Notes under the pieces: generated by a model | The model's database searches: none | Told to the model about the DNA's origin: nothing | Seen by the model: the letters and a program-made list of their open reading frames with translations, nothing else | Translations under genes and position numbers: made by a program | Part shown: in pieces, positions 49,960-62,960 of the stretch | Position numbering within the stretch: the first letter of the stretch is position 1 | How the letters are laid out: every line of letters begins with the position of its first letter | DNA from: Mobula hypostoma | Lineage: Eukaryota | Reading direction: 5' to 3' | Assembly (NCBI RefSeq): GCF_963921235.1 | Contig: NC_086097.1 | Location: forward strand, 129,582,001-129,646,000 | Length of the DNA: 64,000 nucleotides

Positions 49960-52407
49960 TTTATCACTAACTTTACCTTCCAGCACATCTCTTTACTGTT
50001 TGAAGCCATTCTCTCCCTTTTATAACTTGTCCTCTATATCTAATCAGATATATTTGTAGTATTGACCATATGCATTGCATTCTGTTTTAACTAAGTCACA
50101 GGAGAAAACTCAGCCTGACATGGCTAATGAGGTAAATATGTTGCCAACTTCTCAGCTTCTAAATCTAAGCAGCCAATTTGTTGTCATTTGGGGGAAGAAG
50201 GAGGAAGTTGCTGCTGATATTTGAGCCTAAACAAAAGATGTGTTATTTTAACAAAAGGGTGTTCCATCAACTAGTAAGTTTTAAATGTTAATGAGTTGAT
50301 TTTTGTTTAGTATCAATGGTAATTTGTGCAAATTAGACATTCTACAATTTTTACTTCTGTTGAATAAGGTCCCTGATTCTATTGAAATTACGCTAAATCA
50401 TCAGTTATCCTGATGCTTTGCGCTTCGCTGTTACAGATATATACAGCTTTAAGTGTTGGGCGGAAATAAAATTGACTTAAAGTAATTCTGGATACAGATA
50501 AATATGTGCTTTGCACCAGTTTTTATAAAACTGCACCTAACTACTAATTGTTTCCCAGGAGATTATTATTATTGTTTTATTATTGAGATTCCATATTGAG
50601 CTACCGGCCCTTTGAGCCACACAGTGCAACAACCCCTGAGTCATCACAGAACAGTTTACAATGGCCAATTTGCCTACCAACCAGTGCATATTTGGACTGT
50701 GGAAGGAAACCGGCTCACCCAGAGGAAACCCACACAGTCAGGGGGAGAGCATACAAACTCCTTACTAGCAGTAGCGGGAATTGAACCCAGGTCACCTGTA
50801 CTGTAAAATGTTGTACCGTCCCACTACACTACTGTGCCAAAATTGTTTGGTACAAAACTTTCTAAAAAGAAACATAAGACTGTCAGCATTCTGTTTAATG
50901 GCATTGAGTAATGGGATTAATTTCCTCAGATTGAATTCTATTTGTTATCACATCTGGACAATATTCCAACTTTTGTAATGAGACAGATTTTTAAAAGGGA
51001 GGACTTGGGAATACAGTCTGTGTATCAAATGAGACTGATCCTAATTCGAATGTTAATGTGTAGAATCCAAGAAGAGGAGAATGGGGATGAAATGATCTAA
51101 ATTAATTTAATATTTTCCACTGGTGCTCTGTCTTCTGGGGACTCAGTGGTGTACAATGTTTTTGTATGTCTTCCATCCCATTATGTACCTCAAATATTTT
51201 ATTCTACCAATGGGCAATAGTATAATTTTGCCTGTCCTTGTTCTTAATGAATGTAAGGGCTTTTGGGATGTTGAATGATAATCAAGAGTCTGTTCTGAAT
51301 CTTACTGAAGAAATTCTGTCTAAGGCCATTTGTGACACTGTGGAGTTTAACTTGCTTTGGACTAACCAACTTATCCTGTACAACTGAGCATTGTACCTCA
51401 AACATTGATTTGAAGGGAAATCCAAATATTAATGCTTATAGTGCAAGGAAAATACAGGGTTGATTTTCTATATGGGTATTTCCTGAGAATGATTGGAGGA
51501 TGGCCTATATTTGTTGGATTGGCTAAATGCCGTTTGGGTATTTTATATGAATCAAGAAAATGATGTCTGTTAATATTAAACAAAGATACGTCTGAATTTG
51601 TGCAAGATGGAGGTGGCTCCATTCAAGTTGCTAAAATTGTATATCCATACTTAATGGTCTCGTACAGTGCTGCTTTGTACTTTAGATCTGATTAAAGAAA
51701 GAGTGCATTGTCTTAAAAGAAAATTTTAATTTTTATCCTGACACTGTTAAAGATTGAGATTTGGCTTTACTTAAAGATTCACTTTATTTGTCACATGTAC
51801 ATTGAAACAGCATACAATGAAGTGTGCTGTTTGCACCAACGACCAAAACAGTCTTAATATGTGTTGGGAGCATCCTACAAGTGGTATCATGCTTACAGCA
51901 GCAACATAGCATGCCCACAACGTACTAAGCTATATATCTTCGGAACTTGGGAGAAAACTGGAGCACCTGGTGGAAACCCATGTAGTCATAGGAGAATGTA
52001 CGAACTCCTTATAGACAGCAGCATGAATAGAACCCTGATCACTAGCACTGTAAAGCTGTACACTAACCACTATGCTACTACGCTGCAATGATAAACATGT
52101 TGGCTGCTTACTCTGTTTTCAGTTTGGTAAAATAACACAATACAGGAGCCATATCATGAAAACTCAACTATTAAAGCCAATTACAGATTTAAAGAGGAGA
52201 TAAATAGTAACTCCTAGTCTTGAAGAGGGATGTAGGTGATGGAGAAAGCAGGGACTGAAAAGATTAACATTCAAACATTCTTTACTAATCTCTCTGCTTT
52301 GCCAACAAAGTAGCACTGTGCACTGGTCACTGTAAAATGCTGGGCTGAATCAAAATCAACTTGCTTCTTGTTCTCTTTTCTTTTGGGCTATTGATCTAAC
52401 ATGTCAG

Positions 52408-52452
52408 ACTGTAAAGATGAAGAAATCAGAACTCCTAGGAAGTTCTTTCTGG
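52408..52452 (+). CDS. SLC66A2: SLC66A2 45-nt frame-preserving cassette exon
   Basis: Pyrimidine tract, CTAAC and TGTCAG| acceptor; (D)CKDEEIRTPRKFFL resembles the recalled human DSKDEEVKVAPRRSFL; donor GG|GTATGT; phase 1-1. Confidence 0.85.
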
Positions 52453-54454
52453 GTATGTATACATGTATGTAGCATGCAATTATCTCAGATTCTTTCCATA
52501 GTGTCACTCTGCCGCTTGCCTTTCTCCAATTAATTTTTTCTTCTATTCAATGCATGTTTGTTTTGGTGTGGTGTGCAGTGCCTTTTCATTGGAATGGAGG
52601 AGTGTTTGCACATGTTGAAATAAATTGGGTGAGATTGAGTAATTAAATATCATATCCTTGTATATGCTTATCACCTTGATCAGGGAATATTGAACATGTA
52701 TGTGTACAACTTTAATATATAAAAGATTTGCACATTTCAAGATAGCTATATCCATACAGTCTCAGCCAAAAATGGTAAGTGTGTTGAGAATAAAAGGCTG
52801 AATTATTTTCACTTCTGGGAATAAGTAGCAAGTAAGTCTTTTAATTAACATTAACATAGTATAAGAGTTCCTAATAGTGTGACAGTACCTCAGCTGTGCA
52901 GGGCTAATTAATATTTGAAATCTTTAAACTTTTACAATTGCAGCTCCAAAGAAGTATTCACATGGCTGTGTGTGAACCATCCTGTGTAAGCAGGCTCATG
53001 TTTAGTTAGTGAGGAAAGTAGGTTCGTTCCTTTGCTTTTGATCGTAACCATTTACAAAGGTGGAGTCTGCCAAGCGTTTAATCCTGCCTTGGTGCTTGGG
53101 CTGGTTTTACATGATTCTTACAGTTGCCAGACCTGCTGGTTATTCAGAACATATTTTGTGATCCATTCAGCCAAGATGTTAGTATTAGATTATCATTATT
53201 ACTATTATAACATGTACTGAGATACAGTAAAAGGCTTTTGTTCTGCATGCAAACAGACATCATGTCATATGTTGAGGTAGTAAAGAGAAAACAATGCAGA
53301 ATATAGTGTTGAAGTTAGAGTGGAAATGCAGTGCAGGTAGATAAAGTACAAGGCTCAAAATGAAGTAGGTAGGAGTTCAGTAGTTCATTTTTTTAAGTGT
53401 ATGAGAGGTCGATTCAAGAGTCTGATAACAGTGGAATAGAAGCTGTGTTTGAGTCTGGTGGTTCATGCTTTCAGGCGACATCCAATCCTGATATTTTACA
53501 TAAATGGAATGATTAATCGGAAGAATATAATTCCTTTATTATCTATACTATTTAAAAGCACAAGATTTAATCATGGTACAATGCTCAGCAAATGTATATT
53601 CTCACTTGTAGAAGTTTAGGAAGAATTATTAATGGACTGTCTTTCAGATGTGTAAGTTTTGTGTTCTGTGCCATGTTAGGTAAAATACTTATTAGTTTTG
53701 CCTAGTTTAAATATAACTGGGTAGTTATATAATATAGATATTTTACTCTATTTGATAAATTATAATTTAGTTTTTTGCCTGATATCATGGCTTTTTAAAA
53801 GTAAGAGGTAATGAGATTTTGGTCCTGTAGGTGTCAGTGTTTGATAGTGATTACAATAAATTGTAAGATGTATAACTTTTAAAAAGGTACAGCAAATATG
53901 AAAACTGGTAATGAGAATTCATCAGTTTATTAATATGTAACATTATTCTGAGTAATTTTTCAGAAAAGATGTACATTACTACTTGCAGCTAAAGTGGTTT
54001 TAGTTTAAAACTAAACACAATGCCTCAAATGACAAAGATCACTGACCTAGGTATGGGTATACAGCTAGTAACTTCATGCTTTTGCAGTTCTATATATTGG
54101 GCCTTGCAGCGTGGGACACATTCTTTCACAACTTTAGAGAAGAAACTAAACTGAACAGAACTTTCAAAGTAAAATACTGCTTTCACTTTTATAACTTTTC
54201 TAGTAAAAAAAATCTTTGCAGATATTTAAGTTAGGCCCAACTACTGGAGTTTTGCCATGCAAAATCTTAGACCTTAAGTGCAATCCCCACCCTTTTTGCT
54301 CTCCTCTTGAGTTCCAGTTGGACTGTAAACTGTCAAAAGCGTCATGCAGTATTTTGCTGATATATATATTTCTAAGGATTCGTGTCTTTCAGGTACTACT
54401 AAGATCTGAAAATTGGCAGGTAGGAAGCAGGCATATTTTGGGCAAAGAGAAAAA

Positions 54455-55896
54455 CAGGAGTGCTAGAAAGTTAAACCCTATAGAATATTCTTTATTTCTG
54501 CATAATTATGACCTAAAATGTGATCAGATCTTCATGCAAGTCCTAAAACTAGATAAAGAGAACCCAATTAAATAAATAACACAAAAACATTGTACTTGTT
54601 TATTTGTTTATTGAGAAAAATTAACTAATATTGCATGTATCTGTTGGAAAAAGTATGTGACCCTTTGCTTTCAGTAACTGCTGTGACGCACTTGTACAGC
54701 AGTAACTTCAACCAAATGTTTTCGGCAACTGTTGATCAGTCCTGCACATCAGCTTGGAAGAATTTTAGGTGATTCCTCCCGACAAAACTGCTTCAACTCT
54801 GGAATGTTGGTAAGCTTCCTGACACAAACCGCTTGCTTCAGGTCCTTTCACAACATTTCTCTAGGATTACAGTCAGGACTTTGACTCGGCCATTCCAAAA
54901 CACTAATTTTCTTCTTTTTAAACCATTCTATTGTTGATTTACTTTGGTCTTCCGGATCATTGGCTTGTTTCATTATCCAACTTCTGTTAAGCTTCAGGTG
55001 TTGGACTGCTTCCCTGACATTCTCTTGCAAAATGTCTTGATACAATTTTGAATTCACTATTCCCTCCTTGATTGCAAACTGTCCAGGCCCTGAGGCAGCA
55101 AGGTGGCCCCAAACCACAATGTTCCTTCCACCACGCTTCATAGTTAGGATGAGGTTTTGGTGTTGATGTGCAGTGCCCTTTTCCCTCCAAACGTAGCAAT
55201 GTGCATTTCTTCCAAAAAGTTCAACTTTTGCTCATCTATCTACAAAACATTGTCTCAGAAGTGCTATAGAGCATCCAGATGGTCTTTTGCAAACTTGAGA
55301 TGTATAGCAATTGTTTGTTTGTTTGTTTTTTTTTTGGAGAACTGTGGTGTCCTTCCATGAGCACCATTCTTGTTTAGTATTTTTCTTTTAGTGGATACAA
55401 GAACAGAGATTTTAGCAAGTTTTTGAGAATTCTGTAGGTCTTTTGAAATGTTTTTGTAGCCTTTTCCAGCTTTATGCAATTCTTTTTCTAAGGTCCGCTG
55501 AAGTTATTTTGATTGAGACATGGTGCACATATGGATCTTTCTTGAAAAGAGTAGGCTGTGTCAGTAACCTGACTTGTGTGTCTTTTTTATAGGGCAGGCA
55601 CCTCTACAACCCACACCTCCAATCTCATCTCATTGATTGGAACACTCAACTCTAAATAGCTTTTGTAGAAGGTATTACCCCAGAGGTTCATATACCTTTT
55701 CCAACAAATATATGTAATATTGGATCATTTTTCTCAATAAATAAATGAACAAGTATAATGTTATGCATTATTTATTTAATTGGGTTTTCTTTGTCTACTT
55801 TTAGGACTTGCATGAAGATCTGATCACATTTTAGGTCATATTTATGCAGAAATTAGAGAAAATTCTACAGGGTTCACTAACTTTCTAGCATCACTG
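54455..55896 (-). mobile_element. Tc1-type DNA transposon with ~210-bp TIRs and a defective transposase
   Basis: Long inverted repeats (CAGGAGTGCTAGAAAG.. / ..CTTTCTAGCATCACTG|TA); HKAGKGYKNISKDL, GGRNIVVWG, WPSQSPDCNPRE. Confidence 0.93.
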
Positions 55897-57164
55897 TAAG
55901 TTGCTTATACCTGCAGGGATTGGCTCCTGTTCAAATGAAAGTAAAAGGCCTTTGCTTGAGATCCTCCTTGTCGTAACGTAATAAACACTGCTTAGGAAAA
56001 AAAGAGTTTAGTAGTATGCAGTTGGATGATAGTATTGCATATATTAATCAAAAATTTAGAGTCGTTTGGTACAAAATCTGGCTCTCTGCATTGCCATCTT
56101 TAACCCTGAAGCTGCAGTCATATTTTCTACTGTCCCTGCATCCACATCAGCTCCTCACAGCTTGTACCACTAACCTATACACTTGGTAATCTACAGTGAC
56201 CAGTTAACCCGTCAGTCTGCATGTTTTGGAATGTAGGAGGAAGACCATGCAGTCAAACATGGAGAGATGCAACCTCCACAAAGGAGGTTGGAGCTAGAAA
56301 GTACTGTTCCTTTATATTAAAGTTAAGAATGGGACAAAATCAGAGCATCACAACTTCTGAAAATCTGAAGCAAGACAGGAAATGCCTGCAAACACAAAAG
56401 TTTGGTGAGCACCTGTGAAGTGAGAATCAGAGTTAACATTTAATGTTGATGAACTGATGAAAAAAAACACTGAAGATTTTTGAAGATTTAGAAAGAGGAA
56501 AGGGTAAAAGGAAAGGTGTCATAGGATAGATTGAATGGACTACAGAATCTGTCCATGCTGTTGGTAATTTCCAACATCCATTTTCTATTCCCGATATTCA
56601 AAAGCCTGTAAACTACAACTAAAACATTCATTTGCATATCTAACATTCTATTAGTGACAAGGATAATTAAGCCTGACACGTAATTAACTCTGTGGCTGGA
56701 GAATGCTGGTGGTACTTTTATCTGTGGTTCACATAGGCTAATTCTATAGAGATCAGTTTCCAGTCTCTTTACAGCTATATGCCTTTCATTTACTGGAACA
56801 TGGTTATTATTGGCATCTTAATCAAACTCACTTAGTGTGATAAGGAGAACATTGTTATTTCTGCTGATGTTTAATCATAATTCCCTCTAAACTGAACTGT
56901 CAAAATCCAGGCATTAAAAGGGAAGCTGTTTAAAACTTTATAGGAATAGATAGAAATTTAATTTTTAATATAGGTTCTATTTTGCCCAATATGTAATTTT
57001 AATTTGTTGCTGTGGGATGTATAAATGTGCTTTGTTTTATTCCTGGAATTATGTTTGATGAATTGGCCATGCTTTAATTTCTAATAATGAAAGTAATTAT
57101 TACTTCATATAATAAAAAAAATTTCTGCAGGTGAACTTGTCTGAGTTCTGCAGTACAGGATATC

Positions 57165-60100
57165 ATATAATCATATAACATATAACCATATAACAATGAC
57201 AGCACGGAAACAGGCCATCTCGGCCCTTCTAGTCCGTGCTGAACTCTTACTCTCATCTAATCCCACCGACCTGCACTCAGCCCATAACCTTCCATTTCTT
57301 TCCTGTCCATATATCTGTCCAATTTAACTTTAAACAACAACATCGAACCTGCCTCAACCACTTCTGCTGGAAGCTCATTCCACACAGCTACCAATCTCTG
57401 AGTAAAGAAGTTCCCCCTCGTGTTACCCCTAAACTTTTGCCTTTTAACTCTCAACTCATATCCTGTTGTTTGAATCTCCCCCACTCTCAATGGAAAAAGC
57501 CTATCCATGTCAACTCTATCTATCCCCCTCATAATTTTAAATACCTCTATCAAGTCCCCTCTCAACCTTCTATGCTCCAAGGAATAAAGACCTAACTTGT
57601 TCAACCTTTCTCTGTAACTTAGGAGATGAAACCCAGGCAATCTTTTAGTAAATCTCCTCTGTACTCTCTCAATTTTATTGACATCTTTCCTATAATTCGG
57701 TGACCAGAACTGTACACAATACTCCAAATTTGGCCTCACCAATGCCTTATACAATTTCAACATTACACCCCAACTCCTATACTCAATTCTCTGATTTATA
57801 AAGGCCAGCCTACCAAAAGCTTTCTTCACCAGCCAATCCACATGAGATTCCACCTTCAGGGAACTATACAACATTATTCCTGGATCCCTCTGTTCTACTG
57901 CATTCTTTAATGCCCTACCATTTACCATGTACGTCCTATTTTGATTAGTCCTATCAAAATGTAGCACCTCACATTTTTCAGCATTAAACTCCATCTGCCA
58001 TCTTTCAACCCACTCTTCTAACTGGTCTAAGTCTCTCTGCAAGCTTTGAAAACCTACTTCATTATTCACAACACCACCTTTCTTAGTATCATCTGCATAC
58101 TTACTAATCCAATTTACCACCCCATCATCCAGATCATTAATATATATGACAAACAGCATTGGACCCAGTACAGATCCCTGAGGCACACCGCTAGACACCG
58201 TCCTCCAATCTGGCACACAGTTATCCACCACTACTCTCTGGCATCTCCCATCCAGCCACTGCTGAATCCATTTTACTACTTCGATATTAATGCCTAACGA
58301 TTGAACCTTCCTAACTAACCTTCTGTGTGGAACCTTGCCAAAGGCCTTACTGAAGTCCATATAGACAACATCCACTGCTTTACCCTTGTCAACTTTCCTA
58401 TAACCTCATCAAAAAATTCAATAAGATTTGTCAAACATGACCTTCCACGCACAAATCCATGTTGACTGTTCCTAATCAGACCCTGTCTATCCAGATAATT
58501 ATATATACCATCTCTAAGAATACTTTCCATTAATTTACCCACCACTGACGTCAAACTCACAGGCTGATAATTGCTAGGTTTATTCTTAGAACCCTGTTTA
58601 AACAATGGAACCACATGAGCAATACGCTAATCCTCCGACACCATCCCAGTTTCTAATGACATTTGAAATATTCCTGTCTGAGCCCCTGCTATTTCCACAC
58701 TAACTTCCCTCAAGGTCCTAGGGAATATCTTGTCTGGACCCGGAGACTTATCCACTTTTGTATTCCTTAAAGCGCCAGTACTTCCTCTTCTTTAATCATC
58801 ATACTTTCCATAACTACCCTTCTTGTTTCCTTTACCTTACACAATTCAATATCCTTCTCCTTAGTGAATACCGAAGAAAAGAAATTGTTCAAAATATTCC
58901 GTCATCTCTTTTGGCTCTGCACATAGCCGTCCACTCTGATTCTCTAAGGGACCAATTTTATCCCTCACTATCCTTTTGCTATTAATATAACTGTAGAAAC
59001 CCTTTGCATTTATTTTCACCTTACTTGCCAAAGCAGCCTCATATCTTCTTTTAGCTTTTCTAATTTCTTTCTTAAGATTCTTTTTACATTCTTTATATTC
59101 CTCGAGCACCTCATTAACTCCAAGCTGCCTATATTTATTGTAAATCCCTCTCTTTTTCCGAACCAAGTTTCCAATATCCATTGAAAACCCTGGCTCTCTC
59201 AAACTTTTAACCTTTCCTTTCAACCTAACAGGAACATAAAGATCCTGTACCCTCAAAATTTCACCTTTAAATGACCTCCATTTCTCTATTACATCCTTCC
59301 CATAAAATAAATTGTCCCAATCCACTCCTTCTAAATCCTTTCGCATCTCCTCAAAGTTAGCCTTTCTTCAATCAAAAATCTCAACCCTGGGTCCAGTCCT
59401 ATCCTTCTCCATAATTATATTGAAACTAATGGTATTGTGATCACTGGACCCGAAGTGCTCCCCAACACATACCTCTGTCATCTGCCCTATCTCATTCCCT
59501 AACAGGAGATCCAACACTGCCCCTTCTCTAGTTGGTACCTCTATGTATTGCTGCAAAAAACTATCTTGCACACATTTGACAAACTCCAAACCATCCATCC
59601 ATTTTACAGAATGGGCTTCCCAGTCTGTGTGGAAAATTAAAATCTCCCACAATCACAACCTTGTGCTTACTACAAATATCTGCTATCTCCTTATAAATTT
59701 GCTCCTCCAGTTCTCAGTCTCCATTAGGTGGTCTATAATACACCCCTATAAGCATCACTACACCTTTCCCATTCCTCAATTCCACCCAAATAGCCTCCCT
59801 AGATGAGTCCACTAATCTATCCTGCCAGAGCACTGCTGTTATATTTTCTCTGACAAGCAATGCAACACCTCCCCCTCTTGCCCCTCCTATTCTATCACAC
59901 CTGAAGCAACGAAATCCTGGAATATTTAGTTGTCAATCACACCCCTCCTGCAACCATGTTTCACTAATAGCTACAACATCATATTTCCAGGTATCAATCC
60001 ATGCTCTAAGCTCATCCACCTTTCTTACAGTGCTCCTAGCATTAAAATAGATGCATTTAAAAAACTCTCCAACTCTTACTCTCTGTTTATCCTTGATGGA

Positions 60101-60621
60101 GCAAACAACTTTGTTATCTTTTTCTTTCTTCTTTCCTACATCTTTGGTCTGAGTGCTCCTGATCTCTGTCCCCTGCCTATCCTCCCTCACACACTGTCTA
60201 CTAGCTTTCTCTATTTGTGAACTAACCTTCTCTCTCCTAGTCTCTTCAATTTGATTCCCACCCCCCCCCCAACCATTCTAGTTTAAAGTCACCTCAGTAG
60301 CCTTCGCAAATTTCCCCGCCAGGATGTTGGTCCCCCTAGGATTCAAGTGCAACCCATCCTTTTTGTACAGGTCATACCTGCGCCAGGAGAGGTCCCAATG
60401 ATCCAAAAACTTGAATCCCTGCCTCCTGCTCCAATCCCTCAGCCACGGTTTATCCTCCACGTCATTGCATTCCTACTCTCACTGTCGTGTGGCATAGGCA
60501 GTAATCCCGAGATTACTACCTTTGCAGTCCTTTTTCTCAACTCCCTTCCTAACTCCCTATATTCTCCTTTCAGGACCTCTCCCCTTTTCCTACCTATGTC
60601 ATTGGTACCTATATGTACCAC
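57165..60621 (-). mobile_element. Long CR1 LINE: ORF1 SGNH-esterase C-terminus plus ORF2 (APE endonuclease and RT), frameshifted
   Basis: VHIGTND and KKDGLHLN (SGNH blocks III and V); FNARS..DVVAISETWL; SDH; YADD; (TTATATGG)n-like tail; GATATC at both flanks. Confidence 0.96.
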
Positions 60622-61330
60622 ATATAGTGGTACCACAAATGGTACAGAGATATCTCTCTGTACCATTTGACAAGCAAGTGTTGTCTTAACCTGTAGATAC
60701 CATAGGCCACCCTGTGATTGGGAGCCTCCAAACATGGGTGAATGACATCTGCCATGATGTTTCCACAAATTTTTGAGTGCTGTTTTGAGCACCTATATAA
60801 AAACTGAATTGAACCTCTGGTTTCAGATATGATGGTTCAGCCAGCTGACTATTTCAGAGCTGGTTCCAATGGATTATGGGTTCAGTCACAAGAAACGGGA
60901 GCAGAATATCTCACTTGGTCTCTTGAGACTGTCTCACTATTTTAATATAATGGTTCATCTGTACTTACCTCAATTCCTTGAATGTTTTTTTAACTATTTA
61001 TCTATCTTAAATATTTCCTATGATATGGCCTCCAGCATCCTGGTTGGAGGCAATGGGAAGGTTGCTGAAAATTCTGGATGTTCATTACCCCTGCGAGAAG
61101 TCCTCTATATGAACCTCAGTTTTAAATGACTGGTGCCATTCTTTGTAGCTATGCCACTTTGTTTGTGGCTCACCCACTAGCGAAAACATCTACCCTTTAT
61201 AGCCCCCTCCCTTACTTAAATAAAGTCGCTTTTCATTCTTCTAAGCGCAAAAGAATACGGACCAAGCTGTCTAGTTGAACTATGAAAGCAATCATCACAT
61301 TCCAGGAATTAGCCTTCTGCACATCCTTTG

Positions 61331-61553
61331 TGTTATGTTTTGTAAAACTAATGGAAAGAAAAAACATGTGGAACCAGGAGATGTGTGTCCACTTCATTCT
61401 TTACTTTAGTGAGGCGCGCACTTATGATGTGGTAGCATAATGACATGTGCCATTCACGTACTTTTACATATAATAGTACATAATTATGTAAACAATGCCT
61501 AATCAATATTTACAATAGTACTCAAATATTATTGAAATATTAAATATGGAACA
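61331..61553. mobile_element. 223-bp solo LTR inside an old CR1 remnant
   Basis: TGTT...AACA termini; 5-bp TSD CTTTG at 61326-61330 and 61554-61558. Confidence 0.75.
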
Positions 61554-62334
61554 CTTTGGACTGCTTCCAATACTAATATATTGCTTTTTAGGTACAAGGT
61601 TCAAAATTGTGCATAATATTCCAGGAGTGGCCTCAACAACACCCTGGTACAACTATAACAGAACCTATTTGTTCTTAAACTCGGATCTCTTGGTAAAAGC
61701 CAACACACTAACTACTAGTAGGAATTGCCTGATAACTTTTTGTGATTCATGCACTCAGGCACCTAAATCCCTCAGCTTCTCAATTGCAGTCTCTCTCTGT
61801 TCAGATAATAATCCACATTTTGATTCCTTTTGCTGAAGTGGATGACTATGTACTTTTCCACATGAAACTCTATTTATCAGGTTTTATTCCCTATTGCTCA
61901 GTCTTTCGCTCTAAAACTCTGTCTTTCTATATCCCATTGCAGAATCATAATGTGATTCACAATATCCCCTTCCACCTATTTTCATATCATGGACATTTCA
62001 TTCCCTACTTGAGATCACGAATGCACTAGAAGATTTGGTGCAAGGCTGCTATCACATTGAAATTGAGTACTAAATCAAATTCTTTCAAAACTAATATTGT
62101 CTTTGTGATAAAAATGCACTTAAGAGTGGGAGAGTTACTGCATTTTAATCGTAGCTGAGAGAGATGAATGATGAGAGAAAAACATTTTGCTGGAACTCGA
62201 CAGTTGTTGGAAATGAGATGTACAGGAATGCTGAAGGTACTAATTAGATTGGTAACATTGGTAAGGGAGGAAAAGCTGATGTAATGGTTACAGAAGAACA
62301 ACCTTGCTTCAGAATTTACCAGTTCTGACATATC

Positions 62335-62960
62335 CAGCTTTTTCTCTTTATCTGAAAATGTTCAATTTAGTTTTGAGTCCCAACTGCTATGGTGTGCTGG
62401 ACAAGCTGAAGTACTATTTCTTGAGTTTTCATTAGGTTTCATTGAAACATTGTAGAATGCGCAAGATGGAGAGCAGTGGGGTGGAAAATTAAAGTGATTG
62501 GAAGCTGGGATTACCCTGCTGGACAGATGGAGCTGTTCTGTGTCCTTTATTTTAGAGGTGACTACTTTGTGAGTGCAAGAGGCTAAATTGGAAGAACACC
62601 ATAATAATAGTCACTTCACGGAGAAGAACTTCCTGAGTGGCCAAGTGGTGCTGGGGAAGGAGGTGAAAGGGCAGGAGTTGCATGGGAATGTGCTGTGAGA
62701 AGAGTAGTTGGAGGAATGAACCAAGGCATTGGAGTAGCTGTGGTCAGGTGAGGAGAAGGTGCGTATGTTGGAAGAATTTAATTTCAAGGCAGCAAAAATC
62801 ATGGAGGATGATCCATTGCATATGGACAGTGGAAAGTGCAAACCCTATCCTTGCTGGGAGGAGAGGAGATGAGAACAGAAATACATAGTGGACAGGAGGC
62901 CATTGTGGCAGCACGCTTGAATGCAGCGGTGCCTATGGCTCTAACCAAAGGTGTAATTGT
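62335..62960 (-). mobile_element. Old Penelope-like fragment
   Basis: Decayed similarity to 23050-23870. Confidence 0.45.

Noticed and set aside
52579..52628. Possible extra SLC66A2 exon (GCAG|TGCC...TGG|GTGAGA)
   Set aside because: 50 nt, not frame-preserving and with no recognised homology; could be a poison exon but is unsupported.
52960..53130. Repeat-free intronic stretch ending in ACA-NNN as a possible H/ACA snoRNA
   Set aside because: Could not identify a convincing two-hairpin fold with an H box by eye; needs an Infernal/Rfam search.
60827..60950. TTTCAG|AT acceptor as candidate for the next SLC66A2 exon
   Set aside because: Translation lacks the expected DFD..FW.W motif and ends in TAA; the exon must lie beyond the window.
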